Source of the DNA: Clostridia bacterium
GTDB lineage: Bacteria; Bacillota; Clostridia; UBA1381
Direction of reading: 5' to 3'
Length of the DNA: 64,000 nt
Assembly (NCBI GenBank): GCA_045657705.1
Contig: JAZOTP010000045.1
Span: 9,539-73,538 of the forward strand
The translations under genes were made by a program, and so were the position numbers. Positions 40,763 to 51,133 of this stretch are shown here, piece by piece (within the stretch, counting starts at the first letter, position 1; every line of letters starts with the position of its first letter). The notes beneath the pieces were generated by a model, which was not told where the DNA came from, ran no database searches, and worked only from the letters and a program-made list of their open reading frames with translations.

Positions 40763-41602
40763 ATGAATAATAATTCTGCATCAAAAAAGACACTTTGGCA
40801 ATATCTCATTTCTGCACCTTATATCTTGTGGATGATAATTTTTATTTTGGTGCCTCTGGCAATGGTTGTATATTTTGCATTGACAACCGCAGACGGTGCT
40901 TTTACACTTGAAAACGTAAAGGCGGTAGGTCAGTATACAAATATTTTTGTACGCTCGATTTATCTTGCACTTATTGCGACTGTGATATGTCTTGTTGTTT
41001 CATATCCCGTTGCATTTATACTTACAAGAATGGAAAGAAGTGTTCAGAGCACAATGCTTATGCTTGTAATGCTGCCCATGTGGATGAACTTTCTTTTAAG
41101 AACATACGCATGGATGACACTTTTGGGAAATAACGGAATTATTAATGTTATTCTTGAGCTTGTCGGAATAGGACCGCTTAAGCTTTTAAACACACAGGGA
41201 GCTGTTGTTCTGGGAATGGTTTACAATTATATTCCGTATATGATTTTGCCGCTTTATTCGGTAATGGTAAAGATAGATAAAAGTGTGATGGAGGCTGCAC
41301 AGGATTTGGGCTGTAACAGTATTGGAGTTTTGGCAAAGGTTGTAATACCGTTGAGTGTACCTGGTATCATTTCGGGTATTACCATGGTTTTTGTACCTGC
41401 TATAAGCACATTTATTATTTCCAAAATGCTCGGAGGCGGTTCGGAGCTATTAATCGGTGACCTGATTGAAATGCAGTTTTTAGGTACTGCGTATAATCCG
41501 AATCTTGGTGCTGCTATCTCGCTTGTGCTTATGGTTATTGTGCTTATTATTATGGCTGTAATGAACAAGTTCGGTGACAGTGATGAGACGGCATTGATAT
41601 AG
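40763..41602 (+). CDS. potB: spermidine/putrescine ABC transporter permease
   Basis: Six-TM permease with an EAAxDLG motif (MEAAQDLGC). Confidence 0.9.
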   Translation: MNNNSASKKTLWQYLISAPYILWMIIFILVPLAMVVYFALTTADGAFTLENVKAVGQYTNIFVRSIYLALIATVICLVVSYPVAFILTRMERSVQSTMLMLVMLPMWMNFLLRTYAWMTLLGNNGIINVILELVGIGPLKLLNTQGAVVLGMVYNYIPYMILPLYSVMVKIDKSVMEAAQDLGCNSIGVLAKVVIPLSVPGIISGITMVFVPAISTFIISKMLGGGSELLIGDLIEMQFLGTAYNPNLGAAISLVLMVIVLIIMAVMNKFGDSDETALI

Positions 41603-41614
41603 GGGGTATAGAAA

Positions 41615-42430
41615 ATGAAAAAATTGTCAAAATTATATCTTGCATTGGTATTTTTGTTTTTATACGCACCTATTTTTGTATTAGTGGTATTTTCTTTCAA
41701 TACTACAAAAAGCAGAACTGTATTTGAAGGCTTTACCCTTGATTGGTATATAAAGCTTTTTAATAATGAATTGATATTGGTTTCTTTGAGAAATACAATA
41801 ATTATAGCAACTATAGCATCGGTGGTTTCAACTATATTGGGAACGGCGGCGTCAATCGGATTTTCAAAGATGAAAAAGCTTCCTAAAACGCTTGCCATGA
41901 ATGTAAATAATATTCCTATTATTAATCCTGAAATAGTAACCGGTGTGTCACTTATGCTTCTTTTTGCTTTTTTCAGGGCAAGAATGCATTTTGAATTTGG
42001 ATTTGTAACCTTGCTTTTGGCTCATATAACCTTTGATGTTCCTTATGTGGTATTAAATGTTATGCCGAAGCTAAGACAGCTTGACCCTCATATTTATGAG
42101 GCTGCACAGGATTTGGGATGTAATCCCTTAAAAGCCTTTTTAAAGGTTGTAATGCCGGAAATATTACCGGGTGTTCTGTCGGGATTTCTGATGTGCTTTG
42201 CATATTCTCTTGACGATTTTGTAATAAGTTATTTTACAAGCGGTTCAAATTCACAGACGTTACCTATTACAATTTATTCTATGACCAGAAAAAAGGTAAG
42301 TCCTGAAATAAACGCACTTTCAACGATAATATTTATTGTTGTGGTAACGGTTCTTGTGATTAAGAATATTATTGAAAGAAAAAGCTTAAAACGTGTGAGT
42401 ATGATTACCTCGGGAGAGGAAAAAATATAA
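41615..42430 (+). CDS. potC: spermidine/putrescine ABC transporter permease
   Basis: Permease with a YEAAQDLGC motif. Confidence 0.9.
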   Translation: MKKLSKLYLALVFLFLYAPIFVLVVFSFNTTKSRTVFEGFTLDWYIKLFNNELILVSLRNTIIIATIASVVSTILGTAASIGFSKMKKLPKTLAMNVNNIPIINPEIVTGVSLMLLFAFFRARMHFEFGFVTLLLAHITFDVPYVVLNVMPKLRQLDPHIYEAAQDLGCNPLKAFLKVVMPEILPGVLSGFLMCFAYSLDDFVISYFTSGSNSQTLPITIYSMTRKKVSPEINALSTIIFIVVVTVLVIKNIIERKSLKRVSMITSGEEKI

Positions 42431-42433
42431 TTT

Positions 42434-43576
42434 ATGAAAGGGTTGATTTTATTGAAAAAATTTATTTCATTGACAATGTGTGCATTAATGACAGTCGGTG
42501 TACTTTCAGGCTGTGGAGGAAGCGGTAATGAACCTACAGTAACGGTTGAGGATACTGCATATTATGAAATATTCAAGGAACAGAATATATCAATTAATGT
42601 ATATAACTGGGGTGAATATATATCTGACGGAAGTGATCTGGATTTAATAGACGTAAATAAAGAGTTTGAGGCATTAACAGGGATTAAGGTTAATTATACT
42701 ACTTATGCCACAAATGAAGAGCTGTACGCAAAAATGAAGGGCGGAGCGGCTGATTATGACATTATAATCCCGTCTGACTATATGATTTCAAGAATGATTA
42801 AAGAAGATATGTTAGCTACTCTTGATTACAGTGAAATTCCTAATACTAAATATATAATGGACAACTTTAAAAATCTTGAATATGATCCTGATAATTCATA
42901 TTCTGTTCCGTACACATGGGGAACTGTTGGAATTATATATGACAAAAATGTTATAACCGATGAAAATATCGGATGGGATATTCTCTGGAATGAAGAATAT
43001 GCAGGAAATATTCTTATGTTCGATAACCCAAGAGATGCATTTGCAATTGCTGAAAATATGCTTGGATATTCATTGAACACTGAAAATCCTGATGAATTAA
43101 AGGCAGCCGCAGAAAAGCTTAAGGAACAAAAACCGCTGGTTCAGGCATATGTAATGGATCAGGTGTTTGATAAAATGGGAGCAGGGGAGGCTGTTGTTGC
43201 ACCGTATTATGCAGGTGATGCAGTAACACTTATGAATGATTATGACAATCTCGGATTTGCAATTCCTGAAAGCGGAACAAATATATTTGTTGATGCAATT
43301 TGTATTCCAAAAACATCACAGAATCAGGAAGCTGCAAAGATGTATATAAATTTCCTTTGTGAGCCTGAGGTTGGACTTTCAAACTGTGAAGCCATCGGAT
43401 ATTCAACGCCTAACTCAAAAACCTTTGAAATGCTTGATGATGATGTAAAAAACGATGGTATCTCATATCCCGATGAAGAATTCCAGAAGACAAAATGTAC
43501 TACATTTATAAATCTTTCAGATGAAGCGAATAAGCTTATGCAGGATTTATGGACTGAAATGAAGTCATCACAGTAA
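42434..43576 (+). CDS. potD: spermidine/putrescine-binding lipoprotein
   Basis: Lipobox LSGC and PotD-like translation. The TTG at 42452 (AAAGGG 9 nt upstream) is an alternative start giving MKKFISL. Confidence 0.88.
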   Translation: MKGLILLKKFISLTMCALMTVGVLSGCGGSGNEPTVTVEDTAYYEIFKEQNISINVYNWGEYISDGSDLDLIDVNKEFEALTGIKVNYTTYATNEELYAKMKGGAADYDIIIPSDYMISRMIKEDMLATLDYSEIPNTKYIMDNFKNLEYDPDNSYSVPYTWGTVGIIYDKNVITDENIGWDILWNEEYAGNILMFDNPRDAFAIAENMLGYSLNTENPDELKAAAEKLKEQKPLVQAYVMDQVFDKMGAGEAVVAPYYAGDAVTLMNDYDNLGFAIPESGTNIFVDAICIPKTSQNQEAAKMYINFLCEPEVGLSNCEAIGYSTPNSKTFEMLDDDVKNDGISYPDEEFQKTKCTTFINLSDEANKLMQDLWTEMKSSQ

Positions 43577-43582
43577 TAAATA

Positions 43583-43618
43583 AAAAAACTGTCAAGATTT
43601 TCTTTGACAGTTTTTTTA
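43583..43618. terminator. bidirectional intrinsic terminator between potD and spo0A
   Basis: AAAAAAA-CTGTCAA...TTGACAG-TTTTTTT. Confidence 0.85.
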
Positions 43619-43670
43619 TTTTTTGTAAACTTTTTTTATGTCAACGCAAAAATAAGTAAGTGATAGATTA

Positions 43671-44450
43671 TTACTTAATCTGAAGGCGGATTCGATCTGC
43701 TACCATGGCAATAAACTCGGAATTGGTAGGTTTGCCCTTTCCGTTGTCTATGGTATAGCCAAAAATTTCATCCATTGTTTCAGGTTTGCCTCTGTTCCAG
43801 GCAACTTCGATTGAATGTCTTATGGCACGTTCTACTCTTGAAGAGGTTGTACCATATTTCTTTGCAATTGCAGGATAAAGCTGTTTAGTTATATAGTTAA
43901 GCAGCTCCATATTATCGACAACCATCATTATTGCGGTTCTGATATACTGATAGCCTTTAATATGAGCAGGAACTCCAAGCTCGTGTATAAAGCCTGTTAC
44001 CAAAGATTCAAGATCAACCTTTTTGGCTGACGCCGTATCTTGCGCAAAAGCGGCTTTTTGTACAGATTTCGGTACATTGGCAAATGCTTTTAATGTATCT
44101 GCTATAGCTTCATTGCTTTGAGGCTTTAAGAGAAAATACTTAGCACCAAGTCTTGTTGCCGATTCTGTTATCCATGCACTTTCGGTAACCGAAACAGTGA
44201 TTACTGCAGGAGTTTTATCCAGTCTGATTTCCTGAAGTCTTTTTAAAACACTCAGTCCGTCACGTTTTGGCATAATAATATCGAGCAGTACAATATCAGG
44301 CTTTGTTTCTAAAATCATACCTAATGCTTCTTCACCGTCATACGCACAACCAACTACATTGAATTCTTTCTGACCTCTCAGATAATTTGCTACACCGTCC
44401 GAAAATGCTTTGTTGTCGTCTGCAATTAATACAGAAATTTTTTCATTCAT
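43671..44450 (-). CDS. spo0A: sporulation master regulator Spo0A
   Basis: Receiver domain (VLIADDN...DIIMPKRDG) plus the Spo0A-specific C-terminal domain ([16 protein letters not shown]...[19 protein letters not shown]). Confidence 0.96.
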   Translation of the reverse strand: MNEKISVLIADDNKAFSDGVANYLRGQKEFNVVGCAYDGEEALGMILETKPDIVLLDIIMPKRDGLSVLKRLQEIRLDKTPAVITVSVTESAWITESATRLGAKYFLLKPQSNEAIADTLKAFANVPKSVQKAAFAQDTASAKKVDLESLVTGFIHELGVPAHIKGYQYIRTAIMMVVDNMELLNYITKQLYPAIAKKYGTTSSRVERAIRHSIEVAWNRGKPETMDEIFGYTIDNGKGKPTNSEFIAMVADRIRLQIK

Positions 44451-44573
44451 CCCATGAACACTCCTTATTTTATTGTTGAAATAAAAAGGTATCCATTTGC
44501 GGCTTTTCTATATTCAGTTGTAAATGAACACGAAAAAGTATCAAATCAAACAGATACTCTTTTCTTGTCTTAT

Positions 44574-44602
44574 ATTTTAACACAATTATTCAAATAATGC
44601 AA
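44574..44602 (-). promoter_or_regulatory. sigmaA-type promoter upstream of spo0A
   Basis: Minus strand has TTGCAT, a 17-nt spacer and TAAAAT with an upstream TG. Confidence 0.45.
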
Positions 44603-44669
44603 TAGTTTTTATGAAAAAAGTTTAATATTTTATTAATTTTTTTAAAACATATTAAATTTCGTTACAAAA

Positions 44670-44686
44670 TTCGACATTTTTCGACA
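44670..44686 (-). promoter_or_regulatory. two tandem perfect 0A boxes (TGTCGAA) upstream of spo0A
   Basis: Minus strand reads TGTCGAAAAATGTCGAA (boxes at 44680-44686 and 44670-44676, 10 bp centre to centre). Matches the TGNCGAA Spo0A-binding consensus. Confidence 0.65.
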
Positions 44687-44714
44687 AAGTTTAAATTTTA
44701 ATGTGAATAAAAAA

Positions 44715-45593
44715 CTATTCATTATAAAATTTGTTGAATATTTTATTTGTCAGTGACATTTGTGTATCATCCGGAATGTGTTTTGGTAAATGATTTTCTA
44801 TTTCCAATGCCTCATATTTAGAACCTGCATAGTTGTGGTACGGTAACACCCGTACCTTTGTAAGGTTTTTAATTTCTGATAAGAATTTTGCGATTTGTTC
44901 TGCTTCATGGTCATTATATCCGGGAACGTACGGATATCTTACTTCAATTTTACAATTATTTTCATCAAGATATTTAATATTTTCAAGTATTTGTTCATTT
45001 GACTGTCCTGTACACTTGATATGCGTCTGTTCATCTATTGCTTTTATGTCATAAAGGAATATGTCTGTATAGGGAATAACCTTATCAAGCGCAGTTTTGG
45101 AAATAAAACCGCAGGTATCAACCGCAGTATGTATACCGTTTTCTTTAAGCTTTTTTAAAAGCTCTGCACAAAAATCCGCATGTAAAAGGCACTCGCCGCC
45201 CGAAAGGGTGACACCTCCGTTTGAATTGTCGTAAAAATCCTTATCTTCTAAAAGAATTGAAAGCAGTTCATCTACAGTCATTTCTTTTCCGTAAAAAGTC
45301 AGAGCATTACCTAAACATACATCAGCACATTTTCCGCAGGCAATACACTTGTTTCTGTCAAATGAATGCATATTTTCAGATATGCTGTGAGCAGAAACGG
45401 GACAAATACTTATACATTCTCCACAGCCTATGCACTTATATTCATAATATGCAATCTGAGGCTCCGGACTTATACCTTCGGGATTATGACACCATACGCA
45501 TTTTAAAGGACAGCCTTTAAAGAATACAGTGGTTCTTATCCCGTCACCGTCATGGACGGCAAATCTTTTTATTTCAAAAATTTTTGTTTTCAT
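44715..45593 (-). CDS. glycyl-radical enzyme activating protein (radical SAM)
   Basis: CPLKCVWCHNPE CxxxCxxC motif plus two ferredoxin-like clusters (CIGCGECISICP, CIACGKCADVC). The start overlaps the upstream stop (ATGA). Confidence 0.92.
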   Translation of the reverse strand: MKTKIFEIKRFAVHDGDGIRTTVFFKGCPLKCVWCHNPEGISPEPQIAYYEYKCIGCGECISICPVSAHSISENMHSFDRNKCIACGKCADVCLGNALTFYGKEMTVDELLSILLEDKDFYDNSNGGVTLSGGECLLHADFCAELLKKLKENGIHTAVDTCGFISKTALDKVIPYTDIFLYDIKAIDEQTHIKCTGQSNEQILENIKYLDENNCKIEVRYPYVPGYNDHEAEQIAKFLSEIKNLTKVRVLPYHNYAGSKYEALEIENHLPKHIPDDTQMSLTNKIFNKFYNE

Positions 45594-46297
45594 TTGTTAA
45601 CTCCTATTGTTTTTAAATATGCTTCAAAATAACGTTTTCCCAAAATTCTGTATGATTTTGAATCAAAGTGAATATCATCGCCTCTGTGAGTTAAATCTTT
45701 CGATTCTGCAAATCCACAATACGGAATTTTATCTGGCATATCGGAAAGTGCTGTATTTACAATGTCAAGATATTTAAGCGCTCCGTCCTGATATTTTTTT
45801 GCAAATGAACCCAGCTCTCCGACAATAACAGGAAGATTTTCATTTCCAAGCTCTTTTCTGAGAGTTGTAATCATCTTAATGAATCTTTGACTGTAGGTTT
45901 GTGCTTTTTCAATACAACGTGAATCATTTTCACCCTGATGCCACAGAATGCCAACAATTTCAGATGTTCGCTGAGCAAGCTTTGCATGAAATACAGCATT
46001 GTCATATAAAATCTCACCCGGCATCCACATAGATAACTCTGTTCCGCCGTCTGCACACGGTATTAGACCAATGTGTTCATTAAAACATTTTGCATATTCA
46101 TCAGCAAAAGAAGCAGAAAGTCCGACACCACTGTGAAAGTAACTGAATATTGCTCTGTCAGTGTTTATTGGTTCGCTCATCGGAATCCATTTTCCGTTTC
46201 TCATCATAAAACAGTTGTCGTTAATAATTTCGGGAACTTCGCCAAAATCCCCTCGTCCCGCCATGTTTGACTGTCCGATTAATAAAAATGATTTCAT
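45590..46297 (-). CDS. SASA/DUF303-type carbohydrate O-acetylesterase (sialate O-acetylesterase-like)
   Basis: LIGQSNMAGRG catalytic-serine motif and WHQGEND. AGGAGG RBS. Confidence 0.8.
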   Translation of the reverse strand: MKSFLLIGQSNMAGRGDFGEVPEIINDNCFMMRNGKWIPMSEPINTDRAIFSYFHSGVGLSASFADEYAKCFNEHIGLIPCADGGTELSMWMPGEILYDNAVFHAKLAQRTSEIVGILWHQGENDSRCIEKAQTYSQRFIKMITTLRKELGNENLPVIVGELGSFAKKYQDGALKYLDIVNTALSDMPDKIPYCGFAESKDLTHRGDDIHFDSKSYRILGKRYFEAYLKTIGVNK

Positions 46298-46310
46298 AAT
46301 TATATACCTC

Positions 46311-47207
46311 CTAATTACGGTTTCCTAAAATAATTCCCGATGAAATAAGTATAAATGCAATAAGATATTGAGGTTTTAAAATATCTTCACCAAGTAGAAC
46401 TGCACTGAATACGCAAGCAAAGAGCGGTTCTGAAAATTTAATTATAAACAGTTTGGAAAGGCTGCTGTTTTTAAGTACATAGTACCAGAGAATATAACCG
46501 GTAATTGATGCTGTACAGATATATGCAAATACCAAAAATGATTTTAAATTAAAGGTAAGCATATCCGCACCCATTGCATAAGCGCAGGCAACCAGCACTA
46601 TACCGCCGGTAAACTGCGACATGCCTGTAATCCGGAACGGTGAAGTTTGCTCTAACTTCAGCTTTGTGATTAAACTTGCAATTACTGTACATACAGATGC
46701 AAGGATTATAACTGTTTCGCCTACAGAAAAACTAAATCCTCCTGAACCGATATTTATAGCTATGATGCCGGTAAAGCCTATTAAAGCACCTATGATTTTA
46801 AGTACACTGAATTTTTCGCTCCTTATAAAAAGAAATGAAAAGCATACATAAAGCAATGTGCCGAGTTGTTTTATGATGGACGTCTTTGAACCGTCTGCCA
46901 GTGCTAAACCTATATATGTAAAAGTATAGTGAAGTACGATAGTGAACAGTCCGACGAGAAGTATATATTTAATATCTTTTTTGTCACCGGGCTTTTCTTT
47001 TTTTAAAATGCTGAAACCACCTACAAGTATTCCACATAGTGTAAAGCGAACTCCTGCAAACATTAGTATGTCGGGTATTGAGGATGAATCTATTTCAAAC
47101 ACCTGATACCCTATTTTGATAAATGGGAAGAGTGACCCCCAAAGTGCCATAACAATTAAAGCTAAAATTAATGATGTTATGTTTTGATTTTTTTTAGTTA
47201 TTTCCAT
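46311..47207 (-). CDS. DMT-superfamily (EamA-like) transporter
   Basis: Ten predicted TM helices in two EamA-like halves. Confidence 0.8.
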   Translation of the reverse strand: MEITKKNQNITSLILALIVMALWGSLFPFIKIGYQVFEIDSSSIPDILMFAGVRFTLCGILVGGFSILKKEKPGDKKDIKYILLVGLFTIVLHYTFTYIGLALADGSKTSIIKQLGTLLYVCFSFLFIRSEKFSVLKIIGALIGFTGIIAINIGSGGFSFSVGETVIILASVCTVIASLITKLKLEQTSPFRITGMSQFTGGIVLVACAYAMGADMLTFNLKSFLVFAYICTASITGYILWYYVLKNSSLSKLFIIKFSEPLFACVFSAVLLGEDILKPQYLIAFILISSGIILGNRN

Positions 47208-47265
47208 TTGTTTTCTCCTGTAAAAAATAGTTTGTATTCTCAGTAGCTAATGATTAACTTAATAA

Positions 47266-47901
47266 TCAAATTCCTATAGTATTTTCGGGAAGATTGAACA
47301 GTGCATTATAGTCAAGATTTTTAGCTTTTAAATTTAATGTATTTTCAATATGGGCTATAACATGATTTGTTATTGCTTCTGTTCCTTCTCTGGTATAATA
47401 ATGTGTTAAATCAGAGTGATACTCTACAGGTAAATTCACCATAAGAGAATATAAATCGTTTATCTCGCCGCCGAACTTTTTTACTATTTCGACTGCGGCA
47501 ACATTATATGCTTCGGTATCTTTATTATATCTTTTATGAGATGTAAACAATTCTTCCTGAACGGGTGTACTTGTTGCAAATATCATTTTTGCTTGAGGGA
47601 GAATAATTTTGATTAAATTGCATATTCTCTCAATATTGTTTTTATATTCGTCAAGAGAAACCAAATGCTTGCCGTCAAGCATGATAAGATCATCCCAAAG
47701 ACCGGCATTCCAGTGTATTAAATCAATATCATTCCCGCATTCTGTTTGGTTAACCCAATCTCGCAGATTTCTTATTATATATGAAGAAAATCTGCAGTTT
47801 TCTTGCGGATAATATACATTTGCAATATCCTCAAATGCCATTTTTACATATTTGTCATATCCTAATCTTATTGAATCGCCTATTAATAATATATTTTTCA
47901 T
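47266..47901 (-). CDS. SGNH/GDSL hydrolase
   Basis: LLIGDSIRLGY block I, a GLWD block and DLTHY block V. Confidence 0.75.
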   Translation of the reverse strand: MKNILLIGDSIRLGYDKYVKMAFEDIANVYYPQENCRFSSYIIRNLRDWVNQTECGNDIDLIHWNAGLWDDLIMLDGKHLVSLDEYKNNIERICNLIKIILPQAKMIFATSTPVQEELFTSHKRYNKDTEAYNVAAVEIVKKFGGEINDLYSLMVNLPVEYHSDLTHYYTREGTEAITNHVIAHIENTLNLKAKNLDYNALFNLPENTIGI

Positions 47902-47918
47902 AACTTGTAATTCCTTCT

Positions 47919-48779
47919 TTAAAATAAATAAGGCTTCCTGCCAGAACAGTTCATTTCTTTCAATATTAAAAAGCCTGAATTTTTATCGTTTATAATATCA
48001 GCGCTATAGCTGGCTGTAGTGATTGCAAGTATATCCATGTTCTGACCGCAAAATGCACAGCTTGTCGGTATTGTCGTCGGAACAGGGATATGTTCAACCA
48101 CCGACATTGAACAAGTATCAACAATAGCTACATGTCCTTTTCCCCAACAGCCAACATACAGATTATCATTGTTATCAATTGTAAAACCATCAACGCCCGG
48201 CACATTTAGTTCTCTGCCTGTAAAAGATATTTCACCGCTTATTTTATCAAAATTATATTCCTTTATAATCCGGGTATCGCTGTCTGTATGATAAAACCGT
48301 TTTTCATCAATCGACCATTCGAGTCCGTTGGATAAAATTAGATTATCCAATAAAACACGGACATTGCCGTTCTTGTCAATAGAATAGAGTTTGCCGTCTG
48401 TTTTATCCGAAACGCCTTTTCTTTTACCGCTTTGTGTTCCTACATAAATCCTGCCGTCGGGACCTACTTTCATATCATTGGCATATAAAATACTATATGC
48501 GGCGGTATTGTATAATTCTTCGGTGGTATCATCGTCTTTCAATATAAACACACCATCGGGGCGGGATACAATCAAACGATTTTCTTTATCAAATGCAAAG
48601 GCGGCAGCACCTGTTTTTAAAGATCTAACCTCAATTTTTTTTGTATCAATATCAAGCATACATATTTCGTTTCCGCCCATGCCATTTGTATAATATAAAC
48701 GGTTTTCGTACTGGTTCCATATAGGACCTTCTCCGATTATACATCTTTTGTCGGTTATAACTTTTATATCATTAAACAT
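47919..48779 (-). CDS. SMP-30/gluconolactonase/LRE-like beta-propeller protein
   Basis: IGEGPIWNQYENRLYYTN and repeated propeller blades. The ATG at 48779 lies 7 nt after an AGGAGC that overlaps the GRE stop. Confidence 0.8.
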   Translation of the reverse strand: MFNDIKVITDKRCIIGEGPIWNQYENRLYYTNGMGGNEICMLDIDTKKIEVRSLKTGAAAFAFDKENRLIVSRPDGVFILKDDDTTEELYNTAAYSILYANDMKVGPDGRIYVGTQSGKRKGVSDKTDGKLYSIDKNGNVRVLLDNLILSNGLEWSIDEKRFYHTDSDTRIIKEYNFDKISGEISFTGRELNVPGVDGFTIDNNDNLYVGCWGKGHVAIVDTCSMSVVEHIPVPTTIPTSCAFCGQNMDILAITTASYSADIINDKNSGFLILKEMNCSGRKPYLF

Positions 48780-48789
48780 AGTTTTGCTC

Positions 48790-51012
48790 CTATTGCAGGC
48801 TTTCTGCCTGCCGGATAAAGCCGTCCTGTTCAACCTTATTTATGTTATTCCAGAGCACGTTCCAGCCGCAGACTCTTATCTGCAAATCCTGATATTTTTC
48901 AGGATGTTTTTGTGCATCACGGAGCGTTTCGGCATCAAATACATTTATATGCATTGCGTGACCGCCACGTTTTATAAAGGTCATAAGTAATCCGTACATT
49001 GCATCTAATCCGTCATCTCCTTTAACTGCTGACGGAAGAAGTCCCAAATCAAGGCAGGCATCACCTGTAAATGCTGTTGCATCAATTTTTGTAACTGACA
49101 GGATTGCAGCAGTTGCACCCTCGCGGTTTTGTCCCATTGAAGCGGAACAGTTTTTTGAAAGCTCTTCACCTAATAATCTTCCGTTGGGCGATGCTGCTGT
49201 AACAGCTCCTTGTGTATATGACATTCTTGCTACATGAAAATTGCAGTTCCATTTTCCGCCTCTTTGTTTTGCGTTTGGTTTTCCGCATACATACGAGACA
49301 ACAAAATCTGAAATATCCTTAGCAAAGAAATCGGGTAAATCCTTATTGTTTCCGTATTTGTCCTTGTCATTGAAGAGTTGTTTTTGGAATTCTTCATATC
49401 CCTCAAAGTTTTTATCAAGAATATTCACAAATTCAGATAATGTAAGTATTTTTTTGTCATACACATATTTTTTTATTATTGTAAGTGAATCGGAAATATC
49501 TGCAATAAATCCAAAAGATATTACTGTGTTATTTGAGATTGCACCGCCGCCAAGAGCGTCTTTTGCCTTTTTGATACAGCTTGGATATGTAGCAGAAAGC
49601 ATAGACTGCGGATTGATATAGGTCAGGTAATCCTCATAACAGTTTACTATATCCATTGTACAGTCCACGATATAACATAACTGTTTTTTATATTCCTTAT
49701 AAAATTCTTCAAATGTTGCAAAACTTTCGGGTGCAGGACTTTTTAAGCCTGCGAAGTGTCCTGTTACTCCATCACAACCCTCATGGAGAGCGTATTCCAA
49801 TGGCTTTAGTAAATTCAGATAATTCATTCCGCAGCCCATTGAGCCCTGAGTTGAGTATTCATAACAACCTTTTACATTACAAAGTCTGGCCTGCTCTTCG
49901 GTAGCACCTGCATTAACAAGTGCTTTTCTGATTGTTGAGTCTGATACAAATACTATACAGTTATTTCCGCGGCGTATCATATCAAGAGCCTTTAGAGTGA
50001 AATCCTTTGGTGTACTGTCTGCAAGCTTAATCTGAATTTTAGGATTGTAAATCTTCATTTTGTCATATACATCTAAAAATAGATAAGAAAGTTCATTTAT
50101 TTCTGTTTCTTCATTTTCTTTACAACCTCCTAAAAATACAGGTTGATTCCAGTAATTTCCAATGGCTGTAAATTGAAGGAAAAAATAAGCAAGGTCAGTG
50201 CGGATTTCTTCTTCCGTAACACCGTTTTTAATATCGTCTAAATAAAACTTATAAAAAAGTCTGTCAAAATTTGAAAGTGAGCGCACCTGCAGTCCCTCAA
50301 TATGCTCTGAAATCATAAAATAAATATAATCAACGAGCAAGGCTTCATAAAAAGTGGATGGAGGATTGTTTTTTATATTTTTTAAAGCCTCTGCCATTCT
50401 TTCAGAACCGGAAGTTTTTTGTGCAAGGGAGGAAAGACGGTCAATAAAATCAATAATTGCTGTGTATGTAATTTTAATTCCCTCAAAAAATGCTTCTTCT
50501 TCGTTTGTAAGTTTTCTTGCCAAACGAGCATTTTGGCTTTCTTCAAGTAAGCCCGAAAAGCCTAAATCAAAAATTCTGTCCCAAACAGGTACACTGTGGT
50601 CGAAATCAGGCCACATGGTTACAATCCCCGCACTTTCAAAATAATTACGTTTTTCTCCTGTTTCGGGAATGATTTCACAAAAAACTTCATGACTCCATAA
50701 GTTAATTAATGTGGAGTTCAGTGGTCTGTCAATCATATTAATTGCAGGAAAACGGTCATGCATATCGCATGATATTTTTGTGTTTTCCAAAATGTATGAA
50801 AAAGCCTTTGCTTTTCGTATTGAGTGTGGCAAATCACTTATTTCTTTATCGTTTAATAAAATATTTTCTTTTATTTTTTCGCCGTCAATGCCTGTTTCAT
50901 CAGAGAAGATTTCATCTCTTCTCATAAATCTCTGAAAGCTGTTAAAAGGCTTTGACTGGTCATGGTATTTATTCATAATATACTCATAATCTGAATTTTT
51001 GATGTATTCCAT
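48790..51012 (-). CDS. glycyl radical enzyme of the C-x-E (1,2-eliminase-like) type, substrate unknown
   Basis: C-terminal glycyl-radical motif IRVCGWNV, a thiyl loop KGCYEYS (Cys-x-Glu), 740 aa. AGGAG lies 8 nt before the ATG. Confidence 0.9.
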   Translation of the reverse strand: MEYIKNSDYEYIMNKYHDQSKPFNSFQRFMRRDEIFSDETGIDGEKIKENILLNDKEISDLPHSIRKAKAFSYILENTKISCDMHDRFPAINMIDRPLNSTLINLWSHEVFCEIIPETGEKRNYFESAGIVTMWPDFDHSVPVWDRIFDLGFSGLLEESQNARLARKLTNEEEAFFEGIKITYTAIIDFIDRLSSLAQKTSGSERMAEALKNIKNNPPSTFYEALLVDYIYFMISEHIEGLQVRSLSNFDRLFYKFYLDDIKNGVTEEEIRTDLAYFFLQFTAIGNYWNQPVFLGGCKENEETEINELSYLFLDVYDKMKIYNPKIQIKLADSTPKDFTLKALDMIRRGNNCIVFVSDSTIRKALVNAGATEEQARLCNVKGCYEYSTQGSMGCGMNYLNLLKPLEYALHEGCDGVTGHFAGLKSPAPESFATFEEFYKEYKKQLCYIVDCTMDIVNCYEDYLTYINPQSMLSATYPSCIKKAKDALGGGAISNNTVISFGFIADISDSLTIIKKYVYDKKILTLSEFVNILDKNFEGYEEFQKQLFNDKDKYGNNKDLPDFFAKDISDFVVSYVCGKPNAKQRGGKWNCNFHVARMSYTQGAVTAASPNGRLLGEELSKNCSASMGQNREGATAAILSVTKIDATAFTGDACLDLGLLPSAVKGDDGLDAMYGLLMTFIKRGGHAMHINVFDAETLRDAQKHPEKYQDLQIRVCGWNVLWNNINKVEQDGFIRQAESLQ

Positions 51013-51133
51013 ACAAAACTCTCCTTTTATTTTTTTTAATAATTATAGTACAATCCTAAAAAAAAGTAAATGGAATAAACAAAACACTTGACGAAAACAA
51101 AACAGTATTATATAATAAAAACGGTGATTTGTT

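Noticed and set aside
41254-41898. Long antisense ORFs inside strong genes (for example 41254..41898, 15371..15862, 19011..19493, 30990..31394, 38588..38974, 59694..60176, 60186..60803, 791..1186)
   Set aside because: Each lies opposite a gene with clear family motifs and an RBS. They lack RBSs and have low-complexity or odd composition, and some span two genes on the other strand.
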